Origin: a bacterium
Lineage (GTDB): Bacteria > RBG-13-61-14 > DATKZS01
Length of the DNA: 64,000 nt
Direction of reading: 5' to 3'
Assembly: GCA_035527835.1 (NCBI GenBank)
Contig: DATKZS010000116.1
Coordinates: 19,984-83,983, forward strand
In this document: piece after piece, positions 49,410 through 60,385 of the stretch
How the letters are laid out: every line of letters begins with the position of its first letter
Position numbering within the stretch: position 1 is the first letter of the stretch
The notes under the pieces: model-generated
Databases searched by the model: none
What the model was told of the DNA's origin: nothing
The model's input: the letters and a program-made list of their open reading frames with translations, nothing else
Position numbers and translations under genes: made by a program

Positions 49410-50117
49410 ATGCTCTACCATGTGATCTGGTCGGACTTGGGCCTCGTGGAGTACGACGCCGCGCGCGGCCTGATGAATGCATTGCGCGACGCGAGCGCGG
49501 GCGGGGGAGTGCCCGGCCACGTCATCTTTCTGGAGCACCCGCCCACCATCACGCTGGGCTACTCCTTGAAGGGCGACGAGGGCCGGTCGGCCATCAGGTC
49601 GAGCGACGCCGAGCTTCGGGCCGAGGGCGTCAAGGTGGAGCTGGTGGACCGCGGCGGCAAAGCCACTTACCACGGGCCGGGCCAGGTGATATGCTATTTG
49701 ATGCTGAGCTTGAAGGAGCTGCGGCTGGGCGTCAAGCGCTACGTGGGCAAGCTGATGGAGGTGGTGCTGGGCTCGCTCCGGGACCTGGGCGTGCCGGCCG
49801 AGCTCGACCCGGCGTATCCCGGGGTGTGGATTCGAGGCGCCAAGGTGGCGGCGGTCGGGATCAAGGTGGCCGACGGGATCACCACCCACGGCTTCGCCGT
49901 CAACCTCGACCCGGACCTCGCAAAGTTTAGGCACATCGTGCCCTGCGGCATCGCCGACCGCCCGGTGACGTCGCTCGCCGCGCTCGGCATCGGGACCGCC
50001 GACCGCGGATCGCTCCGCGCAAGGCTGCTTGCGCACATGGAGCAGGAGTTAAAGATCGAGCTCAGTTATAAAGCTCCGGAGAAAGTCTGGTCCGGCATCA
50101 AAAGGGAGGCAGGATAA
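49410..50117 (+). CDS. lipB: Lipoyl(octanoyl) transferase
   Basis: LEHPPTITLG, DRGGKATYHGPGQ, KVAAVG, HGFAVN, IVPCG. Confidence 0.92.
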   Translation: MLYHVIWSDLGLVEYDAARGLMNALRDASAGGGVPGHVIFLEHPPTITLGYSLKGDEGRSAIRSSDAELRAEGVKVELVDRGGKATYHGPGQVICYLMLSLKELRLGVKRYVGKLMEVVLGSLRDLGVPAELDPAYPGVWIRGAKVAAVGIKVADGITTHGFAVNLDPDLAKFRHIVPCGIADRPVTSLAALGIGTADRGSLRARLLAHMEQELKIELSYKAPEKVWSGIKREAG

Positions 50118-50533
50118 TGACGATACGGGAGTGGCTCACGCCCGACTTTTTCGCGCTCAACGTGATCCTGGTCACGATCATGATCAACTGGACCCTCTAC
50201 AGCATCGTCTCCAATTTCCTGGAGGACTTCCACATCCCCGAGCGCGTCCAGGCCGCCAATTATTTCGGAGTGGTGGTCATGACCGCGGTCTATTTCATCC
50301 TGACCGCTGTGCTCGACCCGATCAAGACCATCTACCCCAACCGCTACGACTGGCTCCTCATCGGAAACTGGCCGGTGTTCGGCGGCATTCTCGCGGGCGT
50401 GGCCGCCGGCGCCGTGCTCGGGTATTTGTTCGGAGGCAAGAAAATGCTCCGCATCGGCGCGGCCGGACTCGCCGTGGTCGGTGAAGGCCTGATCGGCATG
50501 TTCACCCTGCTCTGGATCCTCAACCAGCAATAA
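50117..50533 (+). CDS. Hypothetical 4-TM membrane protein
   Basis: Four hydrophobic segments; TAATG stop/start overlap with lipB. Confidence 0.75.
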   Translation: MTIREWLTPDFFALNVILVTIMINWTLYSIVSNFLEDFHIPERVQAANYFGVVVMTAVYFILTAVLDPIKTIYPNRYDWLLIGNWPVFGGILAGVAAGAVLGYLFGGKKMLRIGAAGLAVVGEGLIGMFTLLWILNQQ

Positions 50534-50545
50534 ACGGGGACCCTG

Positions 50546-53224
50546 ATGCCAACCCCCAAGTCCGGACAGGAGGAGGCCAAAGCCCTTAGAACCGGGATCC
50601 GATGGGCCATTACTCTCACCAATCTCATCGTCATGCCCGCCCTGGCCGTCTACCTCTTCGCCATCCTCGGAGCATTCAGCCGCAACATCGCCGTTGATTT
50701 CAAGAGCGACCCGCTCTTCATGCCCGTCACCTTCACCCTGCTCCTCAGCGTGTCCGCAAGCTTCATCCTCATCCATTACTTCCACGTGATCCGGCTCCTG
50801 AAGCCGGCCGAGGATTTTCTGGCCATGAAGAACGGAGGCGCCGCCAAGGACCGCCGCCGCATTGCCCGCGAAGCCCTGGCCGCATCCGTGTGGATGCCAT
50901 ATCATTCCATGTACTGGTCCATTATCTATTACCTGATCGGCACCCCCATCGCCATCCTGCTCATCCAGCTTACTTACTGCTTCTCATGGCGACAGGACGC
51001 CGCCCTCATGCTCGGAGTCATCCCATCAGGAATGCTCGTCTCCGTGTTCCAGTTCTACTCATGCCGCCGCCGGCTTTATGAGTTCCAGGCCGCGCTCCTC
51101 GCCGAGTTCCCCGACCTCATGCTCGAAGAGGAATCATCGCGCATCAGTGCCCTCGCGCTGGGCATCAAGGGAAAGTCCCTGGGCGCAATGGTCATCCTGG
51201 CCGCCGCCCTCATCATTCTCACCGCCGTCGCGTCCCTCAACTCCGCCCACCGAAGCCTCCAGTTCCAGATCGGAAACCTCTACCTCGACCGCCTGACCGC
51301 CGCCGCCGGGCAAATCCAGAAAATAGTTGCGGGCGGCGCGTCCCAGCTCGAGCTTAAAAACTACGTCGAGCAAATCCTCCTCGACAACCAGGACACCGTG
51401 CTCATGGTGGACAACCAGCACAACGACGTCCTCGGCATAGCCCTCGACCCCAAGGTCAAGACCATGGCCCAGATCATTGAGCACGGCGCCGGATACACCG
51501 TATCGTTCCAGAGGCCGGCCATTCACACGCTCGCCGACAACATCTTCGACGTCACCCTCGGACGCGAGCAATACGTCGTCACCCAGCTCGACCTCCCCCA
51601 ACACCACGTCTTCGTCCTCTGCCCCGCCAACCGGTACGCCGCGCCCATCAAGGGGATGTACATCATGGTACTCGCCGTCATGGCCGCGCTCTTCTTCCTG
51701 GTCGTCATCTACGCCAAGCTCTCCGCCGAGGAAGTGCAGGCCCCCCTCAACTCCCTCATGATCTCCCTCCAGGCCATGGCCCGCGGAGACCTCTCCCGGA
51801 ACGTACTCGTCACCGGCCGCGACGAGATCGGGGTCCTGTCCCGCTCCCTGGCCCGCGCCATCTTCGGACTCCGCCGGCTCATCGGAAGGGTCGGGGAGGC
51901 CGCCGAAGGACTCGACCACGCCGCCCACGCCATCGGCTCCCAGTCCGGAGACGTGTCCACCGGCTCCAATACCCAGACCCAGGCCGTGGACGAAACCTTC
52001 CAGTCCATGGAGGAAATGAAAATATCGGTCCAGTCAATCACCGACTCCATCCAGACCCTGGCATCATCCACCGAGCAGTCCAGCGCCTCCATCCTCGAAG
52101 TGCAGGCCACCGTCGAGGAGGTCGCCAAGAACGTCGAGAGCCTCTTCGCCGCCGTCGAGGAGACCACCAGCTCCATCCACGAGATGAGCTCGTCCATCAA
52201 GCAGGTCGCCGAAAACGTCCAGCACCTCACCCGCCAGGCCGGAGAAGCCGTGACCTCCCTCTCCGAGATGGAGCGAATGATCGGACAGGTGAGCATGGGC
52301 TCCAAGGAGACCGAGGGCATAACCTGGCAGGTCGCATCCGACGCCGAGCAGGGCGGAAAGTCCGTGGCCAAGACCATCGAGGGCATGGGACGCATCCAGG
52401 AAGACTCCAAGAGCGTGGCCGAGGTCATAACCCGCTTGGGCCAGAGGGCCCAGGAGATCGGGAACATCCTCACCGTGATCGAGGACGTGACCGAGGAAAC
52501 CAATCTGCTTGCCTTGAACGCCGCCATCATCGCCGCCCAGGCCGGGGAGCACGGCCGAGGATTCGCCGTGGTCGCCGACGAGATCAAGGACCTGGCCGAG
52601 CGAACCGCCGCCAGCACCCAGGAGATCGCCGACCTCATCCTCTCCGTCCAGGAAGACTCCACCCAGGCCGTCGAGCGCATGCGCGCCGGACAGGACTCAA
52701 TCGCCGAGGGCGCCAAGCGCTCCGAGGAGGCCGGACGCGCGCTCCAAAAAATCCAGGAGAGCGTCGCCAAGGCCATGGAGCAGACCCACACCATCGCCCA
52801 GGCCGCAATGGTCCAGAACGAAAAAGCACAGGGAGTCATGGCCTTCATCGAGGCCCTCAATTCATCCATCACCGAGGTGCACCAGGCCACCCAGGAGCAG
52901 GCACGCTCCGCCGACCAAATCATGGGCGCCGCCGAAAAAATGGAGGAAATCTCCAGGCAGGTCAAGCGCGCAACCCAGGAGCAGACCCAGGGAAGCCGCC
53001 AGATCACCCAGTCCATCGAGCATATCGCCGAGATCACCCACTACATCAACACCGCGCAGACCGACCAGCTCAAGGGAACCGAGAAGGTAGGGGTAGCGGT
53101 GGGACGCATCAAGGAGGTCGCCGCCGACAACGGCGCCCGCGTCAAGGCCATGGCCGACACCGTCGAAAAATTAAGGAAGCTCGCCGACGGACTCCGCGCC
53201 CTCCTCGCCGAGTTCAAGCTGTGA
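50546..53224 (+). CDS. Methyl-accepting chemotaxis protein with extra N-terminal TM bundle
   Basis: Six TM-like segments, HAMP (GRDEIGVL), signalling tip [39 protein letters not shown]. Confidence 0.92.
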   Translation: MPTPKSGQEEAKALRTGIRWAITLTNLIVMPALAVYLFAILGAFSRNIAVDFKSDPLFMPVTFTLLLSVSASFILIHYFHVIRLLKPAEDFLAMKNGGAAKDRRRIAREALAASVWMPYHSMYWSIIYYLIGTPIAILLIQLTYCFSWRQDAALMLGVIPSGMLVSVFQFYSCRRRLYEFQAALLAEFPDLMLEEESSRISALALGIKGKSLGAMVILAAALIILTAVASLNSAHRSLQFQIGNLYLDRLTAAAGQIQKIVAGGASQLELKNYVEQILLDNQDTVLMVDNQHNDVLGIALDPKVKTMAQIIEHGAGYTVSFQRPAIHTLADNIFDVTLGREQYVVTQLDLPQHHVFVLCPANRYAAPIKGMYIMVLAVMAALFFLVVIYAKLSAEEVQAPLNSLMISLQAMARGDLSRNVLVTGRDEIGVLSRSLARAIFGLRRLIGRVGEAAEGLDHAAHAIGSQSGDVSTGSNTQTQAVDETFQSMEEMKISVQSITDSIQTLASSTEQSSASILEVQATVEEVAKNVESLFAAVEETTSSIHEMSSSIKQVAENVQHLTRQAGEAVTSLSEMERMIGQVSMGSKETEGITWQVASDAEQGGKSVAKTIEGMGRIQEDSKSVAEVITRLGQRAQEIGNILTVIEDVTEETNLLALNAAIIAAQAGEHGRGFAVVADEIKDLAERTAASTQEIADLILSVQEDSTQAVERMRAGQDSIAEGAKRSEEAGRALQKIQESVAKAMEQTHTIAQAAMVQNEKAQGVMAFIEALNSSITEVHQATQEQARSADQIMGAAEKMEEISRQVKRATQEQTQGSRQITQSIEHIAEITHYINTAQTDQLKGTEKVGVAVGRIKEVAADNGARVKAMADTVEKLRKLADGLRALLAEFKL

Positions 53225-53227
53225 GCA

Positions 53228-53322
53228 AAGGCTTGGGGCGTGAGGCCTGGGGCTTGAGACTACCGGTGGTCAGCGTCATTCGCGCTTTCTTCCTCAAGCC
53301 GCAAGCCTCAAGCCTCAAGCCC
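53228..53322. repeat. Inverted pair of heptamer arrays
   Basis: GGGGCTT-like x5 (53228-53262) facing CCTCAAG-like x4 (53292-53319). Confidence 0.8.
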
Positions 53323-53363
53323 GCCGTTCCGATTCAACCCGGCAGTGGCGAATAAGGAAAACC

Positions 53364-54239
53364 ATGCAATACGACATGCCCCTCTACCGCCCGCCCTCCG
53401 AGGCCGACAGCCTCATCATCCAGGCCACCTACGGATGCTCCGCCAACACCTGCGCCTTCTGCCTCATGTATAAGTCAAAGCGCTTCAAGATCCGCCGCGT
53501 CCCGGACGTGAAAAAAGACATTGACCACTGTCGCCGCGACTGGCCCTCCGCCACCAGGGTCTTCCTGGCCGACGGCGACGCCCTCGTCATCCGCACCGCC
53601 CAGCTCCTGGAAATCCTCGAACACCTTTATCAGACCTTCCCCCGGCTCCAGCGCGTCACCTCCTACGCCAATCCGCTCAACCTCATCGTAAAAAGCCAGG
53701 CCGAGCTCGACGAGATCCGCAACGCCGGACTCACCATGCTCTATTACGGGGTCGAGTCCGGCGATCCCCTGGTGCTGCAAAAGGTCAAGAAAAAAGGAAC
53801 GCCCGAGACCATGATCGCCGGAGTGGAAAAGGCCCACGCCGCCGGCTTCGAGCTCTCCGTCACCGTGCTCCTCGGACTCGGCGGCAAAAACGCCTCCCGC
53901 CGCCACGCCGCCATGACCGCCGAGCTCATCAATCAACTTCAACCCGAGTACGTGAGCGCTCTCACCCTCATGCTCGGCCCCTTCGAGCGGCAGTTCGCCC
54001 AGTTCATGGGCGACGGCTTCACCTTCCTGGACAAGATGGAGACGCTTCGCGAGCTGCGCGGCCTGGTCGCAGGCCTCGACCTCGAGAATTCCGTCTTCCG
54101 CACCAACCACGCCAGCAACTGGCTGCCCCTCAAGGGCACGCTCAGCCGTGACAAAAAACAACTCCTCCACATAATTGACCAGGCCCTAGCCGACCCCGAA
54201 TTCCCCCTCCTCCGCCCCGACGAATGGAGAGCGCTGTGA
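53364..54239 (+). CDS. Radical SAM protein (uncharacterised YRPPSE family)
   Basis: YRPPSEA, GCSANTCAFC, FLADGDA, GVESG, NHASN. Confidence 0.88.
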   Translation: MQYDMPLYRPPSEADSLIIQATYGCSANTCAFCLMYKSKRFKIRRVPDVKKDIDHCRRDWPSATRVFLADGDALVIRTAQLLEILEHLYQTFPRLQRVTSYANPLNLIVKSQAELDEIRNAGLTMLYYGVESGDPLVLQKVKKKGTPETMIAGVEKAHAAGFELSVTVLLGLGGKNASRRHAAMTAELINQLQPEYVSALTLMLGPFERQFAQFMGDGFTFLDKMETLRELRGLVAGLDLENSVFRTNHASNWLPLKGTLSRDKKQLLHIIDQALADPEFPLLRPDEWRAL

Positions 54240-54257
54240 GAATGGAGATCTTTATTT

Positions 54258-54329
54258 CACACAGAGGCACAGAGGACACAGAGTTAAAAATATTTCATAA
54301 TAACTCTGTGCTCTCCGTGTCTCTGTGCG
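54258..54329. repeat. CACAGAG-type tandem-repeat hairpin
   Basis: CACACAGAGGCACAGAGGACACAGAG facing CTCTGTGCTCTCCGTGTCTCTGTGCG. Confidence 0.8.
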
Positions 54330-54366
54330 AAATGGAACTTGTATCGTCTGGCAACGGTGGCGATAC

Positions 54367-55710
54367 ATGACTCGGAACATTGACTGGAAAAAGGCCGGCT
54401 GGGAAGCCGCCGGAATGCTCGCGGACCTGATCCGCATCAACACCACCAATCCGCCGGGCAACGAGTCCCTGGCCTGCTCCTACTTGAAGCCCCGCTACAA
54501 AGAGATCGGCCTCGAGACCGCCGTGGTCGAGTCCGCGCCCGGACGCGGCTCCATCATCGGCCGGCTCCGCGCCCCGGACCCGCAAGGCCCTCCGCTCCTA
54601 CTCCTCGCCCACCTTGACGTCGTACCCGCCGAGCCCGAAGGATGGACCGTGCCGCCGTTCAGCGGAGAGATGAAGGACGATTACATCTACGGGCGCGGCG
54701 CCCTCGACTGCAAGAACGCCGTCACCGCCGAGTGGCACGCGCTGCGCCTCTTTCAGCGCGCCGGCCTCGCTCCCCGCCGCGACGTCATCCTGGCCGCAAC
54801 CGCCGACGAGGAGGCCGGTGGAAAGTTCGGAGTGCCCTGGATCCTGGAAAACCGCCCCGAGCTCCTCGCCCCCGGATTCTGCGTCAACGAGGGCGGAGGA
54901 TTCGGCTACTCGCTCGGCGACAAGGAAATCTACTTCTGCCAGGCCGCGGAAAAGGGAGTGTGCTGGTTCAGCCTCACCGCCCTGGGCGAGCCCGGACATG
55001 CCTCCGTGCCCCGGCCCGACTCCGCCATGGACCGGATGCTCGAGGCGCTTGCCGCCCTCAAAAAAATGGGGTCGCCGATCAGCGTCTCCCGCACCATGAA
55101 GGCCTTGGTCGCGGGCGTGGCAACGGCCATGGGCGGGACCGTCGCCCCCGACAAGCTCGGTGACAACAAAATCGCCGCGCTCCTCGACGCCTCCGCCCGC
55201 TCCGAGGAAATGAAACGGATTTTCTACGCGCTCACCCGGAACACCCTCTCCATAACCATGGTCCACGGCGGCGTCAAGACCAACGTCATCCCGGCCCGCG
55301 TCGAGGCCGCCATTGACTGCCGCATCGTGCCCGGCCACGACCCGCAAAAACTCCTCGCGGACATCCGTAAAGTCGCGGCCCCCTTCCAGGTCAGCGTCGA
55401 GCCGCTGCACATTTCCGCCGGCGTCGAGGTCGAGCCGGAGGGCGAGCTCTACGACGCGCTGGACGCCGCGCTCCGGGCCAGCCGGCCCAATACCTCCATG
55501 GTCCCCTTCATGGTCCCCGGCGGAACCGACGGCCGCTTCTTGGCCGAGCGCGGGGTCAAGGTCTACGGCTTCATCCCCGTCCTCGCCGACCCCGGAGGCG
55601 ACGTCTCCGTCTTCCGCCGCGCCCACGGCGTCAACGAGCGCGTCTCCATCCATGACCTCGCCTTCGCAATTCGGGTGCTGTATGAAATGCTGGCGAGGTT
55701 TTGCGTTTGA
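54367..55710 (+). CDS. M20/M25/M40-family metallopeptidase or amidohydrolase
   Basis: AHLDVVP, GRGALDCK, ADEEAGG, GHAS, KTNVIP, GGTDG, HGVNER. Confidence 0.9.
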   Translation: MTRNIDWKKAGWEAAGMLADLIRINTTNPPGNESLACSYLKPRYKEIGLETAVVESAPGRGSIIGRLRAPDPQGPPLLLLAHLDVVPAEPEGWTVPPFSGEMKDDYIYGRGALDCKNAVTAEWHALRLFQRAGLAPRRDVILAATADEEAGGKFGVPWILENRPELLAPGFCVNEGGGFGYSLGDKEIYFCQAAEKGVCWFSLTALGEPGHASVPRPDSAMDRMLEALAALKKMGSPISVSRTMKALVAGVATAMGGTVAPDKLGDNKIAALLDASARSEEMKRIFYALTRNTLSITMVHGGVKTNVIPARVEAAIDCRIVPGHDPQKLLADIRKVAAPFQVSVEPLHISAGVEVEPEGELYDALDAALRASRPNTSMVPFMVPGGTDGRFLAERGVKVYGFIPVLADPGGDVSVFRRAHGVNERVSIHDLAFAIRVLYEMLARFCV

Positions 55711-55759
55711 TTGAAGGAATATTGAGTAACTTGGCAGGAGCCACTGGCCACATACTCGT

Positions 55760-58588
55760 TTATTTTTCGGCTTCTACTATTTTAATTTCTTCTTCACCAA
55801 GTCCATAAAGCTTATAAACCAATTCATCAATTTTCCGGTCCGTAGCCTCGGCTTGACGCTTAATCACCGTTTTTTGATGTTGCAACCATTCTTCCTCTAC
55901 TTGCTGATTCAATTTTAACATTTCAATTACCATCTTCACTATTTCGTCATGAAGCGATTTTACCCTGTCTTTTGGAGGAAAAGGCAATGACAAGATGTCA
56001 TGAATCGTGACCTGTGGAAAATCGTCTTTCGCGGCCTGCGAAATCTGATGTATATATAAATAGGAGATCAATTTACTGTTTAGAAGACCCAAAATAAAAT
56101 ATAATTTTATCGCTTCATCCGTTGCTAGGATACAATAAATATTTTTATTTGTTATAAAAGAATCCTTAGTAAATGTTGCCATCAGTCTTTGGCGACGATT
56201 TACCAGGCGGCGCAATAAAATTCTTTCTCCTTCGAACCAACAAATTTCCTTGGGACGCTCCGTCATTTGCTCGCCGAATTCCACCCAATGATCGAGGACA
56301 AGATTAAGTTGATAACGGTAAACGTCCCCTTCAAAATATTGGTAACTGGAGGAAGAGGTGCGCTTCGTTGTGAGCAAATTATTCTCGAAAAGTACGCCAC
56401 GCTTCATCTTGATCGCGTCATTAAAAGTAAGTGGGGCGGTTTTTTGAAGCCGTCCGAGAATATTTATGGCGTTGGCGTCCAAGACAATTTTATTGCTCTC
56501 AAAACGCTTCCAATGACATTGCTTGACCTGCTGATATTTATCCGCCTTCAGATCAATTTTTAATAACTTTTCGCGCTTATCATAAATGTAAGTATAGGTT
56601 TTGTGATTTAATGTCGGCTTCTCTTTGGAGAGCACAAATATCGAATTGTCAACATAGGCGTCCGCGAAAACATCAAATGGCAGTTGAATCAGGTTATCAA
56701 TCCGGTGAGCCAAGAGCAACTTTCTAAGATGATCATACTCGGGCCCACCGAGCCAAGCTGAAGGTACAATGAAAGAAAACCTTGCCCCATTTTTCAATAA
56801 GCCCAGGCATTTCTCGATAAAAAGAACATAAACATCTCGAACCCTCTGAAACGTGGAGTAATGATTTTTAAAATAAAGGGCGTCTCTGGATTCAAACGAA
56901 GCGCCATAGGGGGGATTTCCAATTACAACGTCGAATCCAGGATTGTTTCCCTTGAAGATTCCCGGAAAGCCGCCTTTCCAGTCAAAAGCGTTGATTCGGT
57001 AACGTTCTTCGTCCTCAAGAAAATTCATCTGGTGATTATGGTAAATATCCGGGCCGATCAACGAATTGCCACACTTAATGTTGTCGCCAAGATCAGGCAG
57101 AGCTCGTTCTTTGTAAATGAGCTTGAATTGTTTGAGGGTTTCGTAAGTCTCATTTTCCAGGACTTTGAGGAGTAGTGAAAGCTTGGTCACTTCTACGGCC
57201 TGGGGATCTATATCCACCCCAAAAATATTATTGCAGAGGATGCACTTTTTTTCAGCAGTTGTAAGCCGATACCCGCCTCCGAGCACAGGGTAGATTTGTT
57301 TTTGATACTTTTCCGGAGTTTTTTCGGTGTAATATTCGAGATGCCAATCGAGAAGCTTCTGATAAGCCCCCAGAAGGAATGATCCGGAACCGCAGGCGGG
57401 ATCCAGGATTTTCATTTTCGCCGCCTGTGCCGGAGTTTTCCCTTCTAAAAGCTTTTCTACGGTATTGGCGGCAATGTATTCAACGATGTAGCTGGGCGTA
57501 TAAAAAACTCCTCCGGCTTTTTTGACTTCAGGTTTCTCTCTCACTCTGGCCTGGTGGCCTTCGGTTAGGATGATGACGTTGCCAAGAAATTTTTCATAAA
57601 TTTGACCGAGGATTTCAACCGGCATCAAAGAAAAATCATAGAAATTATCATAGAGACTCCTAATAATGATTCTTAACTTGTCATCATCAATCTTGAGGTA
57701 CGGAGTAATGCTGTCGGGTTCGGTGGTCCGATCCTTATCTCGGAAATGAAATAGCCCTGAATTGTAACGGTCGTCAGCTTCCTCGAAGATCTTGAATAGA
57801 CGTAGGTAGATGCGCTCGCCATTAGTGACTGATAGTAGCCGGCCCGCATTTTCGATTGCACGGTCTTCAGCTATGCGGAGGAAAATAATGCGGTCAATGG
57901 TCGCCTGCACCGCAAAGTTTAGTTGTTGCTGAGTAAGTTTTGAATTGCGGAGAGCAATATTTGCCGCCAGCAATTTTCGCCAGTGCTCAATTTCCCGCAA
58001 AAAAGCGTCGTCAACTTCGATTGTTCCCTTGGCGGCCTTCCTTGATTCGATAAATTTTTCTAACTTCCCGTGTTCCACGGCATCGCGGGAAAATATGTTA
58101 TAAATGTCGTCCCATCGCTCAGCATAATCCTTGTATAGAAAATAGTCTGCGAGGCCGACATCGGGTTTATCACTTTTTCGAGGCTGTTGCCGGCGGTAGA
58201 CGGCAAACTCATGAAAATTTGTCAGGATGGCGATTGGAAGCTTGCGGTTCCAAATATAACTTCTTACTTGAAGCGCAGCCTTCGCATCTTGTTTGATTCT
58301 TATTGATGGCTTTTTGGCTTCAACAATAAAGACTTCGGTCTTGCCAATTTTAAAAATGTAATCAGGCGCTTCACGAGTCGGGCCGCTGGGGATGGAATGC
58401 TGCCTCAGGACGTCCCGCCAGGATTCGGGTTTGCCGGACTTGTTGCTGACATCCCAGCCTAAAATTTCGAAAAAAGGATCTATAAACTGGCTTTTGGTGG
58501 TGTCTTCATTGAAGGAAGCTCCGGTGTGTTCTTCGAGGTTCTCATCGAAATTCTTAATGAGGTCAAGTAATTCTTTTGGTGCCGGCAT
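55760..58588 (-). CDS. Type IIG restriction-modification enzyme (nuclease + N6-adenine MTase + TRD), low GC
   Basis: PDY..IVEAKK (PD-(D/E)xK), YEKFL..GVFYTP, ILDPACGSGSFL, FDVVIGNPPY, TaqI-like C-terminal TRD; 23-43% GC in spot-counted lines. Confidence 0.9.
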   Translation of the reverse strand: MPAPKELLDLIKNFDENLEEHTGASFNEDTTKSQFIDPFFEILGWDVSNKSGKPESWRDVLRQHSIPSGPTREAPDYIFKIGKTEVFIVEAKKPSIRIKQDAKAALQVRSYIWNRKLPIAILTNFHEFAVYRRQQPRKSDKPDVGLADYFLYKDYAERWDDIYNIFSRDAVEHGKLEKFIESRKAAKGTIEVDDAFLREIEHWRKLLAANIALRNSKLTQQQLNFAVQATIDRIIFLRIAEDRAIENAGRLLSVTNGERIYLRLFKIFEEADDRYNSGLFHFRDKDRTTEPDSITPYLKIDDDKLRIIIRSLYDNFYDFSLMPVEILGQIYEKFLGNVIILTEGHQARVREKPEVKKAGGVFYTPSYIVEYIAANTVEKLLEGKTPAQAAKMKILDPACGSGSFLLGAYQKLLDWHLEYYTEKTPEKYQKQIYPVLGGGYRLTTAEKKCILCNNIFGVDIDPQAVEVTKLSLLLKVLENETYETLKQFKLIYKERALPDLGDNIKCGNSLIGPDIYHNHQMNFLEDEERYRINAFDWKGGFPGIFKGNNPGFDVVIGNPPYGASFESRDALYFKNHYSTFQRVRDVYVLFIEKCLGLLKNGARFSFIVPSAWLGGPEYDHLRKLLLAHRIDNLIQLPFDVFADAYVDNSIFVLSKEKPTLNHKTYTYIYDKREKLLKIDLKADKYQQVKQCHWKRFESNKIVLDANAINILGRLQKTAPLTFNDAIKMKRGVLFENNLLTTKRTSSSSYQYFEGDVYRYQLNLVLDHWVEFGEQMTERPKEICWFEGERILLRRLVNRRQRLMATFTKDSFITNKNIYCILATDEAIKLYFILGLLNSKLISYLYIHQISQAAKDDFPQVTIHDILSLPFPPKDRVKSLHDEIVKMVIEMLKLNQQVEEEWLQHQKTVIKRQAEATDRKIDELVYKLYGLGEEEIKIVEAEK

Positions 58589-58614
58589 CCAGCTCTCCTG
58601 GTTTGATGACTGAA

Positions 58615-58651
58615 ATTATAATATATTCATTTACCAAGTCAAATCTTGACT
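58615..58651 (-). promoter_or_regulatory. Putative promoter of the RM gene with palindrome over the -35 box
   Basis: Minus strand TTGACT-16 nt-TATAAT; AGTCAA-ATC-TTGACT palindrome at 58637-58651. Confidence 0.55.
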
Positions 58652-58762
58652 CATCCGAAACATTCCAGCCGGCATCAATTATTTCTTCCAAACATGGTCT
58701 GAGAGCGAAGCCAGGCTACGCCCTCCTGATCGAATCTGAATGCTGACGTATCCGCGGCGGAG

Positions 58763-60385
58763 TCAGTAGATCTTCAGGTGCTGGCCTTGCCAGAAAGTGC
58801 ATTTTCCCGCGTCTTCCGTGGCGCGGACGGATTGGGGCAGGTCGAGGTACATGCGGGAGCGGGAGGACGATTCGTAGCGGGGCCAGGCCATGAGCCCGGG
58901 GCCGTTGGGGTCGCCGGTCTTGGCGAAATTGGTCCAGTAGCTCATCATGTCCTCGGAGAGCGGCGCGGCCTCCGCGATCAGCCGCTCCGTGAAGAACTGG
59001 TCCATGTCCGGGCGGTCCAGGGTGGAGAAGATGAACGGGATTTCGAGCGCGTGGGCCGCGCCGAACAGGTGCGGCGCCAGGTGGCGGTCGTAATCGAAGC
59101 GGTAGTAATAGACCGGCGTGAAGGGGGATGCGGCCTGGGCCGCGTCAAAGCACTTGCAGGCGAGCATGGCGTCGCCGAGCGCGGCGCTGAGCGCGTCCGC
59201 CGGCCGGCGGTAGTCGGAAAAAGGATACAGCCGCTCGATCTCGGCCAACAGCCCATCGCCGAAGCTCTGGCGTACCACCATCCGGACGAGCGGCCGCGGC
59301 GCCAGCCGCACCCCCGGCATGCCCACCGTGAAAATCTTGGCCTCGTCCCGGTTCGCGCCCACCAGCAGCGGCACCCGCTGGAAGCGGCCCGCCCGCAGCG
59401 CCTCGATCGGTATCTCCGGGAGCGCCCACCCGTCCCGATGCGCCAACCAGGTGTACCGGAGTATCGCGGCCAGATCGAGCGGGTTGGTGTCGTTCTTCTT
59501 AGGCTGATCCGCCCGGATTTCCGCGACCGGCTTTGAACGCAGGCACTCGATCACGCCGTCGCCCCCGCAACCCATGCGGGCCGCGAATTCTTCTCCGGCG
59601 GCGTAGCCCTGTTCCATCGGCGCCACCGCGTCGCACCCGCCGCTCTGGATGACGGCCTGGTGGAACAGCCCGGCCGAGAGCGGGCTGACGAGCAGGTTGC
59701 ACACGCTCCAGCCTCCCGCCGACTCGCCGAAGACCGTGATATTGTCCGGGTCGCCGGCAAAGGCCGCGATGTTCCCGCGCACCCACTTGAGCGCCGCGAT
59801 CTGGTCGAGAAAGCCGTAGTCGCCGGAGCTGGAATGCGGGTCCTCCGAGCTGAGCGCCGGCAGGGCCAGGAACCCGAACACGCCGATCCGGTAGTTGATC
59901 GTCACCACCACCACGTCCCGCGACCCGGCCAGGCGCGACCCGTCGTACATCGGCGCGTTGCCGGAACCCGTCTCCAGCCCGCCGCCGTGCATCCAGAACA
60001 TCACAGGAAACGTCCCGCTCTTTTGCGGACGCCACACGTTCAGATACAGGCAGTCCTCGCTGATCTCCGTCTTGGGGTCGCTCGCGGTCAAGAACCCCCT
60101 GGCGATCGGCTGCACGCACCACGGCCCGTACTCGCCGGCCTCCAGCACGTCTTCATGAGCGGCCGGTAACGCCGGCGGCCGCCACCTGAGCCCGCCCACC
60201 GGCGGCGCGGCGTAGGGGATGCCCAGGTAAGCGCAGGCCGCGTCCGCGTCATGGCCCGCTACCTGGCCGTACGCGGTCCGCGCCGGTTCCGCGCACAACT
60301 CATCCGCCCGCGCCGTCGCGGCCGTGAAAATCAGCGCCAGTGCGGCCGCGCCGATTAATATTTTCCCGCGTCCGTTCATGCTCAT
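58763..60385 (-). CDS. Exported type-B carboxylesterase (paralog 1)
   Basis: SEDCLYLNVW, HGGG, GESAGG, NRDE, GAAHALEI; signal peptide; ATGA overlap. Confidence 0.92.
   Translation of the reverse strand: MSMNGRGKILIGAAALALIFTAATARADELCAEPARTAYGQVAGHDADAACAYLGIPYAAPPVGGLRWRPPALPAAHEDVLEAGEYGPWCVQPIARGFLTASDPKTEISEDCLYLNVWRPQKSGTFPVMFWMHGGGLETGSGNAPMYDGSRLAGSRDVVVVTINYRIGVFGFLALPALSSEDPHSSSGDYGFLDQIAALKWVRGNIAAFAGDPDNITVFGESAGGWSVCNLLVSPLSAGLFHQAVIQSGGCDAVAPMEQGYAAGEEFAARMGCGGDGVIECLRSKPVAEIRADQPKKNDTNPLDLAAILRYTWLAHRDGWALPEIPIEALRAGRFQRVPLLVGANRDEAKIFTVGMPGVRLAPRPLVRMVVRQSFGDGLLAEIERLYPFSDYRRPADALSAALGDAMLACKCFDAAQAASPFTPVYYYRFDYDRHLAPHLFGAAHALEIPFIFSTLDRPDMDQFFTERLIAEAAPLSEDMMSYWTNFAKTGDPNGPGLMAWPRYESSSRSRMYLDLPQSVRATEDAGKCTFWQGQHLKIY

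Noticed and set aside
49387-49425. 12-aa uORF starting at the predicted TSS and overlapping the lipB start
   Set aside because: No telling residue content and the promoter call is uncertain; could be chance
53364-54239. Non-canonical Cx4Cx2C radical SAM motif
   Set aside because: To my knowledge this spacing is normal for the YRPPSE family
55760-58588. BREX/DISARM-type multi-gene defence system
   Set aside because: Only one fused nuclease-MTase gene; no partner genes adjacent
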